Shown here: positions 14,815 to 24,090 of the stretch, one piece after another
Layout of the letters: the number at the start of each line of letters is the position of its first letter
Numbering within the stretch: position 1 is the first letter of the stretch
Origin: a virus
Taxonomy: Duplodnaviria; Caudoviricetes
Virus record (IMG/VR): IMGVR_UViG_3300015615_000196
Coordinates: 96,001-160,000 of that record
Length of the DNA: 64,000 bases
Direction: 5' to 3' (one strand)
The notes under the pieces: model-generated
Database searches by the model: none
Seen by the model: the letters and a program-made list of their open reading frames with translations, nothing else
Told to the model about the DNA's origin: nothing
Program-made: the position numbers and the translations under genes

Positions 14815-17136
14815 ATGAGAAGCCCTTTAGTAAAAGAAAATTTCTATAAAAGATTGAAGGAATTGAGCGGTGCAAAATCTGCCAATAACGCCCCTGCATC
14901 TTTAAGTCAATCAACCCTTATCGATTTTCAAAGAGCCAACGATGGTGTAGCACTTGGTATCGTAAAAGAAAACCACAACTACTTCATCAAGACGGCAAGC
15001 AAACAAGGAGATAAAATCGGAGTCGAAGACTTCGCGTACATCGGTGGTTTGGAAAACAAATTCAAGTACCAGTACAACTCTTTGGCAGAAGCAGAAAAGA
15101 ATAGAAACTTCTACATCAAGACCTTGAACGAGTCTACTTCAAAGAAGTTCAAAAAAATCTCGATTAACGAGAGTGAGAACATCGCAAAGGCTCAAGATCA
15201 CGCAGATGACGTGAAGCCAGAAAAGGCTCAAGGCGAAGCCGACAAGAACATGCAAGTGTCGGAAAACAAAAACATCGATGCTGCACAGACTCACGGTGAC
15301 AAAGTTGATCCCAACAAAGCACAAGGTGAAGCTGACAAGTCAAAAGGTTCAGCACCTTTGAAAGACACAGCAGTCGAAAAAGAACCGGGTGAAGTAGCAT
15401 CTTCAAAAGAGATCGTTGTTGACCCGAAACAATCAGAGAACCCGAAAGAAGTTGATGCAACGAAAGAATCGAGCGCAAAGCCGATCTCAGTTGAAAAGCA
15501 AGTTGAGAAGAAAGTCTCAGACGTTGCTGAACCTATCAACGAAAAATGGAATAAAAAAAACGTAGTTGACCCTAAGAAGAAGGGTATGTTCAAAGGCAAG
15601 ACCAAAGAGGATTTGCACAAAGAACTTACTGCTGCTAAGAAGAGAGGCGATACTACCAAAGAAAAAGAAATCAACTTTGCACTCCGTGCAAAAAACAAGT
15701 GGGGTAAAGTAGACGAACAAGAAGTTTACGAAGGCCACACAATTGAAGAATACGGTAACGAACATCCTGTAAGTGTTGATGACGCTTTGAAAGGTAAAGT
15801 AGCCGAAGACTTCCCGCCAGCAGCAGGTGGTGATGAAAACGCAGAACTTGATGCAGCAGCAAGCGCATTAGATGGTATGGGTGCAGGTGCACCAGCAGCA
15901 GATGCAGCACCAGCAGCCGCTCCTGCCGCAGAACCAAGTGCAGAACCTGAAATGGGCGCAGAACCAAGTGCAGAACCAGCAATGGGTGATGCAGAAGGTT
16001 CAATCAAAGACATCGAAAAACTTAATGGTAAAATCACTCAGAAAGTAAGAGCAACTGAACTTACTCCTGAAATGACCAAAGGATTCTTGAAGTCATACAT
16101 CACAGCATTCGAAGATAAACTCGGAGAACTTGATCATGAAGACAGAAAAGAATTAGCAAACGCTATCCTTAACGACAAAGAAGAAGAATCAGGTGAAGAA
16201 CTTGGTGGCGAAGAAGGACTCGGTGCAGAACCGGAAGCAGGTCTTGGTGATGAAACCGCAGTTACTTCTGATGCAGAAGAAAAAGAAATCGAAGAAACAA
16301 TCAACGCTCACCTTGCTGAAATGGGCATCGGTGAAGACGAGAATGTAAAGAATCATGCAGACATCGCATCGAACACAAAACCTTTCAAGAACTACATGTC
16401 AGAAAGAGGTTACAACCCTTCAAAGGTTGAAGAAATCTCTCTCATGGAAATGGTTAGCTTGATGAATGGTTATACCAACGAATGTGGTGATGCAGTAGCA
16501 AATGCAGACGTTCAGGGAATGTTAGAATTCGTAACTCCTGACGTAAGTGCAAAGATGGCAGAATCAGGCAACGGAATTTTTGAAAACTTGATGAAACCAT
16601 TCGGTGAAAAGATCAAGGTTAACAAGAAAGCATACGCTAACGAAGCCGTAATCGCAGAAAACTTCGGTGACGAAGAAGAAGGCGAAGAGGAAGAAGGTAG
16701 CGAAGATGATGGCGCAGCAGTTGAAGTTGGTGGTGACGAAGAAGGTTCAGAACCAGCAGCAAGCATTGCAGTAGGTGAAGAACCAGCAGGTGAGGAAGAA
16801 GCCGAACTTGAAATCGAGCCTAAGACCGCAGACGCAGCTACAGACGTAGTATCATTTGCACCAGCAGGTGAAACTATGGGTGCAGGTGCTCCGGGTGCAG
16901 AAAAGACTGTTACCGTTGACCTCAACAAGAACACTGTAAGCATGACGTTGAGCGAATCAACTCAAGCTAAGTTGCACAAGATCATCGCAAAGAAAATTGC
17001 TGAACAATTAGATGGCAAGAAGCCAGTGATCAGCGAAGGCAAGAAATCAGCATTGTCTGCTTTCATCGATGAAGAAGTAAGCAAAGCTATCGCAGTAAGA
17101 AGAAAGAAAATCGAAGAAAGACTTCTTAGAAAGTAA
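14815..17136 (+). CDS. acidic prohead core / internal head protein
   Basis: 773 aa, E/A/P-rich, many (L/I/V)xE motifs, internal duplicated segment KAQGEADK; late motif at 14768. Confidence 0.6.
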   Translation: MRSPLVKENFYKRLKELSGAKSANNAPASLSQSTLIDFQRANDGVALGIVKENHNYFIKTASKQGDKIGVEDFAYIGGLENKFKYQYNSLAEAEKNRNFYIKTLNESTSKKFKKISINESENIAKAQDHADDVKPEKAQGEADKNMQVSENKNIDAAQTHGDKVDPNKAQGEADKSKGSAPLKDTAVEKEPGEVASSKEIVVDPKQSENPKEVDATKESSAKPISVEKQVEKKVSDVAEPINEKWNKKNVVDPKKKGMFKGKTKEDLHKELTAAKKRGDTTKEKEINFALRAKNKWGKVDEQEVYEGHTIEEYGNEHPVSVDDALKGKVAEDFPPAAGGDENAELDAAASALDGMGAGAPAADAAPAAAPAAEPSAEPEMGAEPSAEPAMGDAEGSIKDIEKLNGKITQKVRATELTPEMTKGFLKSYITAFEDKLGELDHEDRKELANAILNDKEEESGEELGGEEGLGAEPEAGLGDETAVTSDAEEKEIEETINAHLAEMGIGEDENVKNHADIASNTKPFKNYMSERGYNPSKVEEISLMEMVSLMNGYTNECGDAVANADVQGMLEFVTPDVSAKMAESGNGIFENLMKPFGEKIKVNKKAYANEAVIAENFGDEEEGEEEEGSEDDGAAVEVGGDEEGSEPAASIAVGEEPAGEEEAELEIEPKTADAATDVVSFAPAGETMGAGAPGAEKTVTVDLNKNTVSMTLSESTQAKLHKIIAKKIAEQLDGKKPVISEGKKSALSAFIDEEVSKAIAVRRKKIEERLLRK

Positions 17137-17636
17137 TGAACGAACAAACCGACTTAAAACTTATCTACGTTTTAAAAATCGGGTACAACACTAAAAAGGA
17201 GGGTCTTTATGAATTCATATTCAGTAAAGACCCTTCTTCCGTTGATGCCGAAGCATGGGGATGGACACAAATGCCAGCAAAGGGCAATGCCAATCCACCT
17301 GACGAGAAATGCATTGACTTGACACTATCCCTCAAGACCGACAAGATCGATTTGATCTGTCTCCATGACCTCAATGATCGTATGTACTTGGATGGCTACT
17401 ATACCATTCACGCACTCGCGTATCAGGACTTGGAAGAGGATAGCAACAGTGATCTCATGTACGATGAACTTCCGATCCTTGTGTTCCACTACGGAATGAA
17501 ATTGAAAGAAGTGCAAGACATCCTCTACACCCGTGATCTCATGTTCAAAGAAATTAAACCAACCGTTACTGAGTCTGTCGTCATCCCTGACGAAGAAGAA
17601 ATGGAAGAAGAAGATGACGATCAAATGATCGTTTAA
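17136..17636 (+). CDS. hypothetical protein
   Basis: 166-aa ORF coupled to upstream gene. Confidence 0.8.
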   Translation: MNEQTDLKLIYVLKIGYNTKKEGLYEFIFSKDPSSVDAEAWGWTQMPAKGNANPPDEKCIDLTLSLKTDKIDLICLHDLNDRMYLDGYYTIHALAYQDLEEDSNSDLMYDELPILVFHYGMKLKEVQDILYTRDLMFKEIKPTVTESVVIPDEEEMEEEDDDQMIV

Positions 17637-17670
17637 ACTGTTCTTTACCATAGGTAGAGAACCTACAAAG

Positions 17671-17709
17671 GTCTGACGCTGAACCCTTAATCAGCGTCTT
17701 TTTTGTTTT
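17671..17709 (+). terminator. intrinsic terminator
   Basis: GACGCTGA-N8-TCAGCGTC-TTTTTTGTTTT. Confidence 0.8.
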
Positions 17710-17740
17710 AAGGCTATTTATAGAAAACTATAGTCAGTCA

Positions 17741-19750
17741 ATGGCGAAGAAGAAAAAAGACGATAATGATCTTGATTTTATCCCGGAGAACAATAAACGT
17801 CCACTAACCCCGGAAGAAATTGCGAAAATCGAACAGAAGAAAAAGGTTCGAGAACTCCGTGAGAAGACAAAGAACCAAGTTCAAGTTATCGTTACAAAAT
17901 CTGGCGAAGTAAAGAGAGCGGATCAACTCACTCTTCAAGAGCAACAAGAAGAATACACTCGTTGCGCAATTGATCCAATCTACTTCATTGAATCGTACCT
18001 TACAGTATTTGACCAGACCCAAGGCGAAGCCGGGGAAATCGTGCCATTCAAACTCTTTGGTTTTCAGAGAGACTTGATCAAATCTTATTTAAGAAACAAA
18101 CAGAACATCGCCAACAAGTATCGTCAGGCAGGGGTTTCAACCACTACTTGCGCATACATTGCTTGGTACGTAATGTTCAACGATAATCGATACGTTGCCG
18201 TAGTCGCTGATAAACTTGAAACCGCTCGTGACGAGTTGCTTTCTGACATAATCGAATTTATTGAGGGCTGTCCGGCATACTTGAAACCAACCATTGCAAG
18301 TAAGGATACTGCTCACCATAAGAAATACAAGAACGGTAGCCAGTTGAAGGCATTTGCTGCAACGAAACTTAGAGGCCCGACCCCTACCCTTATCTTTTGG
18401 GATGAAACTGCATGGACAGAAAAAGGAGACCAGTTCTGGACTTCTGCTGCTCCGTCTGTACGAAACACAGGTGGTCGTGTAATCTTCGTATCTACTCCGA
18501 ACGGTTTGGATGCCGTGTTCTATGCAACATTCGATAAGGCAACACGTAAAGAAAACTCGTTCAATGCTATCGAACTTTGGTGGTACAACGACCCACGTTA
18601 CAACAAAGGATTGTATTGGGTAAAGAACGAAAACAAGACCAACGAATTCAAAGTCGTTGACGAAAACTTCTCTGCTGAAAAACGTAAACAATTTATTGCC
18701 GATGGATTCGTGGGAAGAAGTGCTTGGTACGAAGGTGCTAAGATGGAATACAATGGCAACATGCGTAAACTTGCTCAGGAAGTTGAATGTTCATTCTTGG
18801 GTTCAGGTGATAACTTCATTGCCGAAGAATACATCAAACGTATTGAGGACGAAGAATTGAAGACACCTATTCAGGAAGAATGGGAAGACAAAGGAATGTG
18901 GATTTGGAAGAAACCAGTTGAAGGTGCACAGTATGTTATTGCCAATGACGTATCAAGTGGACACGGTGAAGACTTTTCAACGGTCAACATCCTTGAACTA
19001 TATGATGTGACCGAAACCATCAACATTGTCGAAAACGGAATTACCGTTGCCAAGAAAGTTAAGAAAAGAAAGATTGAGCAGGTTGCCGAGTACGTTGGCA
19101 AAGTTACTCCACAAGGTCTTGCCGAGATCATTTACTACTACGGTAAAATGTACAACATGGCATACTGCGTCATTGACGTGAGTGGTGGTTATGGTGTATC
19201 GACCGTTGAAAAACTTATTGAGTTTGGTTATAAAAATTTACACTATTCAGAGATTCAACATAAACCAACTCGTGATCGCATGGCTTCATACGTGAAGATT
19301 TCTGAGAAAGAAGTAGCACCGGGAGTGTTTGTTAAGGTTGACCTTATTCCGGGATTCATGATCGGAAACAATCGTGCAATGGTACTTCAAGAAATGGAAC
19401 GTTGTGTTCGTATGAAGGATGTTATTGTGAGATCAAGACGATTGACCTCAGAATTCAAAACCTTCGTTACCGTACCCGGCCCACGTCTTGCAGACCACAA
19501 GCGTTCTTTCCACGATGACGACATTATGGGCTTCTCAATCGGGGTATACGTTATCTCGTTTGACATGTTCAAATCGGCTCAAAGTGCTGAAAAAACAAAG
19601 AAAATGCTTGACGCGATTTTGGTAGTAAGTAATATTGACGAACACCTACAAGAGGACGAAATCAGGAAGAGAGAAGCCCCGGATGTACGCCACCATGCCA
19701 ACCCTTACGGGGCGCATAGTTGGTTATTTAAAAATTTGAAGGGAAAATGA
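17741..19750 (+). CDS. terminase large subunit (T4 gp17-like)
   Basis: DPIYFIESY, KYRQAGVST, LIFWDE Walker B, STPNG, QEVECSFLGS, DVSSGHGEDFS, HDDDIMG nuclease motifs. Confidence 0.96.
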   Translation: MAKKKKDDNDLDFIPENNKRPLTPEEIAKIEQKKKVRELREKTKNQVQVIVTKSGEVKRADQLTLQEQQEEYTRCAIDPIYFIESYLTVFDQTQGEAGEIVPFKLFGFQRDLIKSYLRNKQNIANKYRQAGVSTTTCAYIAWYVMFNDNRYVAVVADKLETARDELLSDIIEFIEGCPAYLKPTIASKDTAHHKKYKNGSQLKAFAATKLRGPTPTLIFWDETAWTEKGDQFWTSAAPSVRNTGGRVIFVSTPNGLDAVFYATFDKATRKENSFNAIELWWYNDPRYNKGLYWVKNENKTNEFKVVDENFSAEKRKQFIADGFVGRSAWYEGAKMEYNGNMRKLAQEVECSFLGSGDNFIAEEYIKRIEDEELKTPIQEEWEDKGMWIWKKPVEGAQYVIANDVSSGHGEDFSTVNILELYDVTETINIVENGITVAKKVKKRKIEQVAEYVGKVTPQGLAEIIYYYGKMYNMAYCVIDVSGGYGVSTVEKLIEFGYKNLHYSEIQHKPTRDRMASYVKISEKEVAPGVFVKVDLIPGFMIGNNRAMVLQEMERCVRMKDVIVRSRRLTSEFKTFVTVPGPRLADHKRSFHDDDIMGFSIGVYVISFDMFKSAQSAEKTKKMLDAILVVSNIDEHLQEDEIRKREAPDVRHHANPYGAHSWLFKNLKGK

Positions 19751-19800
19751 CTTTTGGGGGAGTAGACGAGTATTTATAATAAACTATAAAAAAGTATAAA

Positions 19801-21762
19801 ATGGCAGAAAACAAGAAAACCATATACCAGAACCTGAACACCATGCTTAACTTGGATGGTGCTGGATTAACCTCTGATGACCTCAGAAAAAATCCAGAAG
19901 AAAAGATTCTGTTGAAAGCCGAGAATCCTGCTGACTTAAAGGTTAAAGCCCTTGAGATTCAGCAGAAGGAAGTCATATTCGATAAGTTCTTCAAGATTCA
20001 ACAAGCTGGTTTTCAAAAGGCCATGCAATATGAAGCAGCACGTCTCCCTGCTTATATTGATTACGAAGGTATGGAGTATTACCCATTGATCGCAAGTGCT
20101 CTTGACTTGCTCATGGAAGAATCAACCACCATCGGTGATGATGGTAAGATGCTCCGAATCTATTCAAAGAAGGAACGTATCAAAGAAATCCTCGAAGAAT
20201 TTTTTTACGGTACTCTTAACATCAATGTCATGCTTCCGTTCTGGACAAGAAACTTGGTCAAATACGGTGACAACTTCGTGTACATGCTTGGTGAAAAAGG
20301 AAAGGGTATCCGTTACGCAAGACAGTTGGTTAACTTCGACATCGAACGTAAAGACGAATTCAAGGACAAAAAAATCAGAACCATTTTCAAAAACAGAATC
20401 ACAGGTGACGAATTCAACATGTTTGAAATTGCTCACTTTAGACTTCTTGGTGATGATAAGTTCTTGCCGTATGGTTCATCTGTATTGAACAAAGTTCGTA
20501 GAGTATTCCGTCAGTTAATCATGGCAGAAGATGCTATGTTGACTTACCGTATTCTTCGTGCTGGTGAAAAGCGTGTATTCAAAGTTGACGTTGGTAACCT
20601 TGATGACAAGGATATTGAAGCATACGTAACCAGAGTTGCACAGAAATTCAAAAAGCAACAACAAGTCTACAAGAACAATGGACAAATCGATTACCGTTTC
20701 AACATCTTAGGTAACGATGAAGATATATTCATTCCTGTTCGTGATGGTAAGTCTACCGTTATCGAAACACTTCCGGGTGCAACCAACTTGGATGCAATTC
20801 AGGACATCACATACTTGAGAGATAACTTGTTCTCAGGTCTTGGTATTCCGAAACCGTTCTTGGGCTTCCAAGGTTCGGCTGGTGAAGGTAAGAACTTGGC
20901 TCAAATGGATGTACGTTTCGCAAAGAAAGTAAACCGTATTCAGCAAGCCCTTATTCAGGAATTAAATAAGATGGCGATCATCCACCTTTACTTGAAGGGT
21001 TTCGAAGATGATCTTCACGAATTCAGCTTGTCGTTGACCAACCCGTCAACTCAGGCAGACAAACTTAAAACAGAAACACTACAAGCAAAGGCTCAGTTGT
21101 ATGCTGATCTTACTCGAACCGAAAGTTCAGGTATTGCAGCAGTATCACACACATGGGCAAAAAGAAATATATTCAACTGGTCTGACAAAGAAATCATGGA
21201 AGACCTCAAGAATCAAAGAATGGAGAGAGCAATTTCTCAAGAGTTGCAGGATACAGGAACAGTCATCCCTAAGACTGGCGTATTCGACAGCATCGACAAA
21301 AAATATGGCACTTCAAATCCGTTACCAGCACAACCACCACAACAGGGTGGCGCACCTAATGCAGGTGGTGCACCGGAACCGGGTGAAGGAGCCAATACTG
21401 GTAATCCACCACCGGAAGCAGGGGCGACAAACGCTCCACAATCAGTAAATCAATTACCTGAGCCTCAAGGTGTGGGCGCACCGCCAGCACCAGCAGGAGG
21501 CGCACCCGTACAAACCGAAAGCGTTAAAAAGAAAAAGCCATTGAGCGAAGACGCTTTTGAAGAGAAACTTCAAATGCTTGTTGGCATGAAGAGTTCACCG
21601 GAAGGCACTGACGTTGAGGATGATAACAATCATTCATTGGCAAATCAGGCAAAAAGACAGATCAATGTCGCAAGACAAATGATCACAGAAATTGATAAGA
21701 TGATGCATAAAGGAACTGGAAATTTTAATACCGAGTCCGACAAGCAAGTGGATTCGGAATAA
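19801..21762 (+). CDS. portal protein (T4 gp20-like)
   Basis: EDAMLTYRILRAGEKRVFKVDVGNL, EDIFIPVR, IETLPG, LGIP motifs. Confidence 0.96.
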   Translation: MAENKKTIYQNLNTMLNLDGAGLTSDDLRKNPEEKILLKAENPADLKVKALEIQQKEVIFDKFFKIQQAGFQKAMQYEAARLPAYIDYEGMEYYPLIASALDLLMEESTTIGDDGKMLRIYSKKERIKEILEEFFYGTLNINVMLPFWTRNLVKYGDNFVYMLGEKGKGIRYARQLVNFDIERKDEFKDKKIRTIFKNRITGDEFNMFEIAHFRLLGDDKFLPYGSSVLNKVRRVFRQLIMAEDAMLTYRILRAGEKRVFKVDVGNLDDKDIEAYVTRVAQKFKKQQQVYKNNGQIDYRFNILGNDEDIFIPVRDGKSTVIETLPGATNLDAIQDITYLRDNLFSGLGIPKPFLGFQGSAGEGKNLAQMDVRFAKKVNRIQQALIQELNKMAIIHLYLKGFEDDLHEFSLSLTNPSTQADKLKTETLQAKAQLYADLTRTESSGIAAVSHTWAKRNIFNWSDKEIMEDLKNQRMERAISQELQDTGTVIPKTGVFDSIDKKYGTSNPLPAQPPQQGGAPNAGGAPEPGEGANTGNPPPEAGATNAPQSVNQLPEPQGVGAPPAPAGGAPVQTESVKKKKPLSEDAFEEKLQMLVGMKSSPEGTDVEDDNNHSLANQAKRQINVARQMITEIDKMMHKGTGNFNTESDKQVDSE

Positions 21763-21792
21763 TATCAGTATTTATATTTAAACTTTTGCGGT

Positions 21793-22605
21793 ATGTCGAA
21801 ATACAACTTAGGGATTGTAAAAGCCTCGTTATTAAGCAATTTGAATGAGCAAGTGGCTCTCAAGGAATTTGTGAAAATTCTTAAAGAGTCAAGCGTTCTG
21901 AATTTGACTCACACCATTTTCGACAACCTCGAAAAGAAGCATATCTCAAATGAGGATTTAGCCATCAAGTACATTGATGAAAACCTCAATTTAATCAAGA
22001 AACAATGCAGCAGAGAAGTCTTCGAAAAGGAGACCCAAAAAATCTTACCTCTTATTGAAGGGATCGCTTTTTCAGATACCAACAAAGGTAAGTTGTATGA
22101 AAACATTCATACGATGATCACCGAAAGTTTAAACGGTAAGAAAGCTACCAACGTAAACAAACTTCACGACTCATTCAGCTTTGTTCTTGAGCATCTTACG
22201 ACCTCTCCGAAGAAAGCTGCCGTAGAAGAAGTTGAACTTCCGAAGGAACTTGTTATCAATGAATTCATTTTGAAAAGAGCCATCAACGAATTTAACTCAA
22301 AGTATGCTGGTGTTCTTTCAGAAGAAGAAATGGCGTTGATCAAATCAATCGTGCATGAAAATGCAGCAGAGAAGAAAAAGAGTTTCGAGACTATTAAAGA
22401 ATCTACCCTTCACTCATTGAAGGCATTGAAAGAAGAACTTGAAAATCAAGATGAAAAGGCTCCTGCTCACGAACAAAGAGAAGCAGAATTGTTCGCTACC
22501 AAGATAAATGAATCAATCACGAATATTGAGAAACTCAAATTCGGTGAGGAAACGTTTACAAAGGACGTTCTTGATCTTGTGAATCTTAAAAAGGAATTGG
22601 AGTAA
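21793..22605 (+). CDS. hypothetical head-assembly-associated protein
   Basis: 270-aa helical ORF after portal, late motif at 21768, LNE/LKE/INE motifs. Confidence 0.6.
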   Translation: MSKYNLGIVKASLLSNLNEQVALKEFVKILKESSVLNLTHTIFDNLEKKHISNEDLAIKYIDENLNLIKKQCSREVFEKETQKILPLIEGIAFSDTNKGKLYENIHTMITESLNGKKATNVNKLHDSFSFVLEHLTTSPKKAAVEEVELPKELVINEFILKRAINEFNSKYAGVLSEEEMALIKSIVHENAAEKKKSFETIKESTLHSLKALKEELENQDEKAPAHEQREAELFATKINESITNIEKLKFGEETFTKDVLDLVNLKKELE

Positions 22606-24087
22606 TTATCCGATTCCGAGTGCTACCTTACATTTTTTCAATCTAACAACACGATCATCAAGACCATTGTATCCACCGTTTACTAATTTGGTGGTTCCAA
22701 TAATGTTGTCAACATCTGCCGTTTGATTTACGTTTCTGAATTTCCAGAAGTGGAATGCGCTGATTACAGCATTGTCCGGTTGTGCAAGTAACTCAGGATT
22801 TGCAACCAAATCCAATCCCATTAACTTTCCAGTCTTATCGTAGATACCTCTACCAGTGGTTTGAATTGCACCCCTACCTCTGTAGGTGTAGCCATCTGGA
22901 TCAGGCCCATTACCAAGATCAGAACGATTGCTATATCCAATATTGGCAATTTTTTCAGGGAAGCCAACGTATCCTACCGTGTCCGCTACAGTCTTGAAAT
23001 ACTTGTTGAATGGACTCACACGCATTAATTGCTGTGCTGTATAGTTGAGATTTTCTGTGAATAAGTTCAAGTCTCCGCTTTCGTGTCCAATGATTGCGAA
23101 GAAGTGAGCAAGACGAATACGTGTGTTCAACTGGAACTTATCCATGTTGTTATCACGATTGAATGCACTCAAAACCAATGGTACATTTTCAGCATGAATC
23201 TTTGGGCAGCATCCTTTAAGTTGCGCCTCAGTCAATTGAGAAAGATGTTCCTTGTTTTTCGGATTATCTGGATCGCTGGTGTAGGCAATCATCGGAATAT
23301 TGAAGTTGATGTCGTATCCAAAACTTGCAAGGGTTTTGAAGATATTGTTTACGTAATCCTTTGGAGAATTAACATCATTCCCATACTTCTTTTTCATGAA
23401 ATCCAACAACAAAGAATAGTTGTCGAATCCTTGATTTGATCTTACATAGTAAGAGAATAACGATGACGAAGCCAAGTTTTTATTGGTCGAACCATATGAT
23501 GAAAGTTGATAGAACTGACAGAACAAAGCAATCTTCGGATTGTTTGCAAGGTTCTGGAACATCACTTTTCTGTTTGCCGTAGCCGTTGCATTATCTGCAT
23601 CCGATGATTTGGTTTGGCCATTTCTGCTATTCAAATTCGGTATCCACGTCAATATTTGATATGGATCACCAGTAACTCCAACCATCATTTTAGCAACATC
23701 AGTATCATCCAACATTTTAGTTGCGCTGAATATGATATTGAAATATTCGTAGTCGTTTATACCACTAATACCCATCGTGTTTCTTTGTGAGAAAGACAAT
23801 GGTGAGAATCCGCTTTCTTGAAATGCTTGTGCAGCAGCAACGTTCGGATCGACCAAAAATTGACTACCGAATTCATCAAACCATCTAATAAGATTTTCAG
23901 AATATGCCGTAGTCGCAGTGATCGGCACATTGCTATCGTCTACCATTGTAGCAGTGAAGGTCGTACCAACAGGAATATTACTTTTCGGTAATTTTATTTT
24001 TGGAGTTGCCGAGAAGATCGTTGTGCTGGCAGCACATTTTGCTTTAATAAAGTCCTTTGCCTTCTGTGTTAATTTGATATACTGCAT
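22606..24087 (-). CDS. two-domain peptidoglycan hydrolase (SLT-like plus GH19 lysozyme-like)
   Basis: C-terminal HFFAIIGHESG, ENLNY, YRGRGAIQTTGR, NGGYNGLDDR (GH19); N-terminal AAQAFQESGF..MGISG. Confidence 0.85.
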   Translation of the reverse strand: MQYIKLTQKAKDFIKAKCAASTTIFSATPKIKLPKSNIPVGTTFTATMVDDSNVPITATTAYSENLIRWFDEFGSQFLVDPNVAAAQAFQESGFSPLSFSQRNTMGISGINDYEYFNIIFSATKMLDDTDVAKMMVGVTGDPYQILTWIPNLNSRNGQTKSSDADNATATANRKVMFQNLANNPKIALFCQFYQLSSYGSTNKNLASSSLFSYYVRSNQGFDNYSLLLDFMKKKYGNDVNSPKDYVNNIFKTLASFGYDINFNIPMIAYTSDPDNPKNKEHLSQLTEAQLKGCCPKIHAENVPLVLSAFNRDNNMDKFQLNTRIRLAHFFAIIGHESGDLNLFTENLNYTAQQLMRVSPFNKYFKTVADTVGYVGFPEKIANIGYSNRSDLGNGPDPDGYTYRGRGAIQTTGRGIYDKTGKLMGLDLVANPELLAQPDNAVISAFHFWKFRNVNQTADVDNIIGTTKLVNGGYNGLDDRVVRLKKCKVALGIG

Positions 24088-24090
24088 ATC

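Noticed and set aside
15170-15980. DNA repeats in the 773-aa ORF (GCAGAACCAAGTGCAGAACC twice, KAQGEADK duplication)
   Set aside because: In-frame low-complexity protein repeats, not a separate DNA element.
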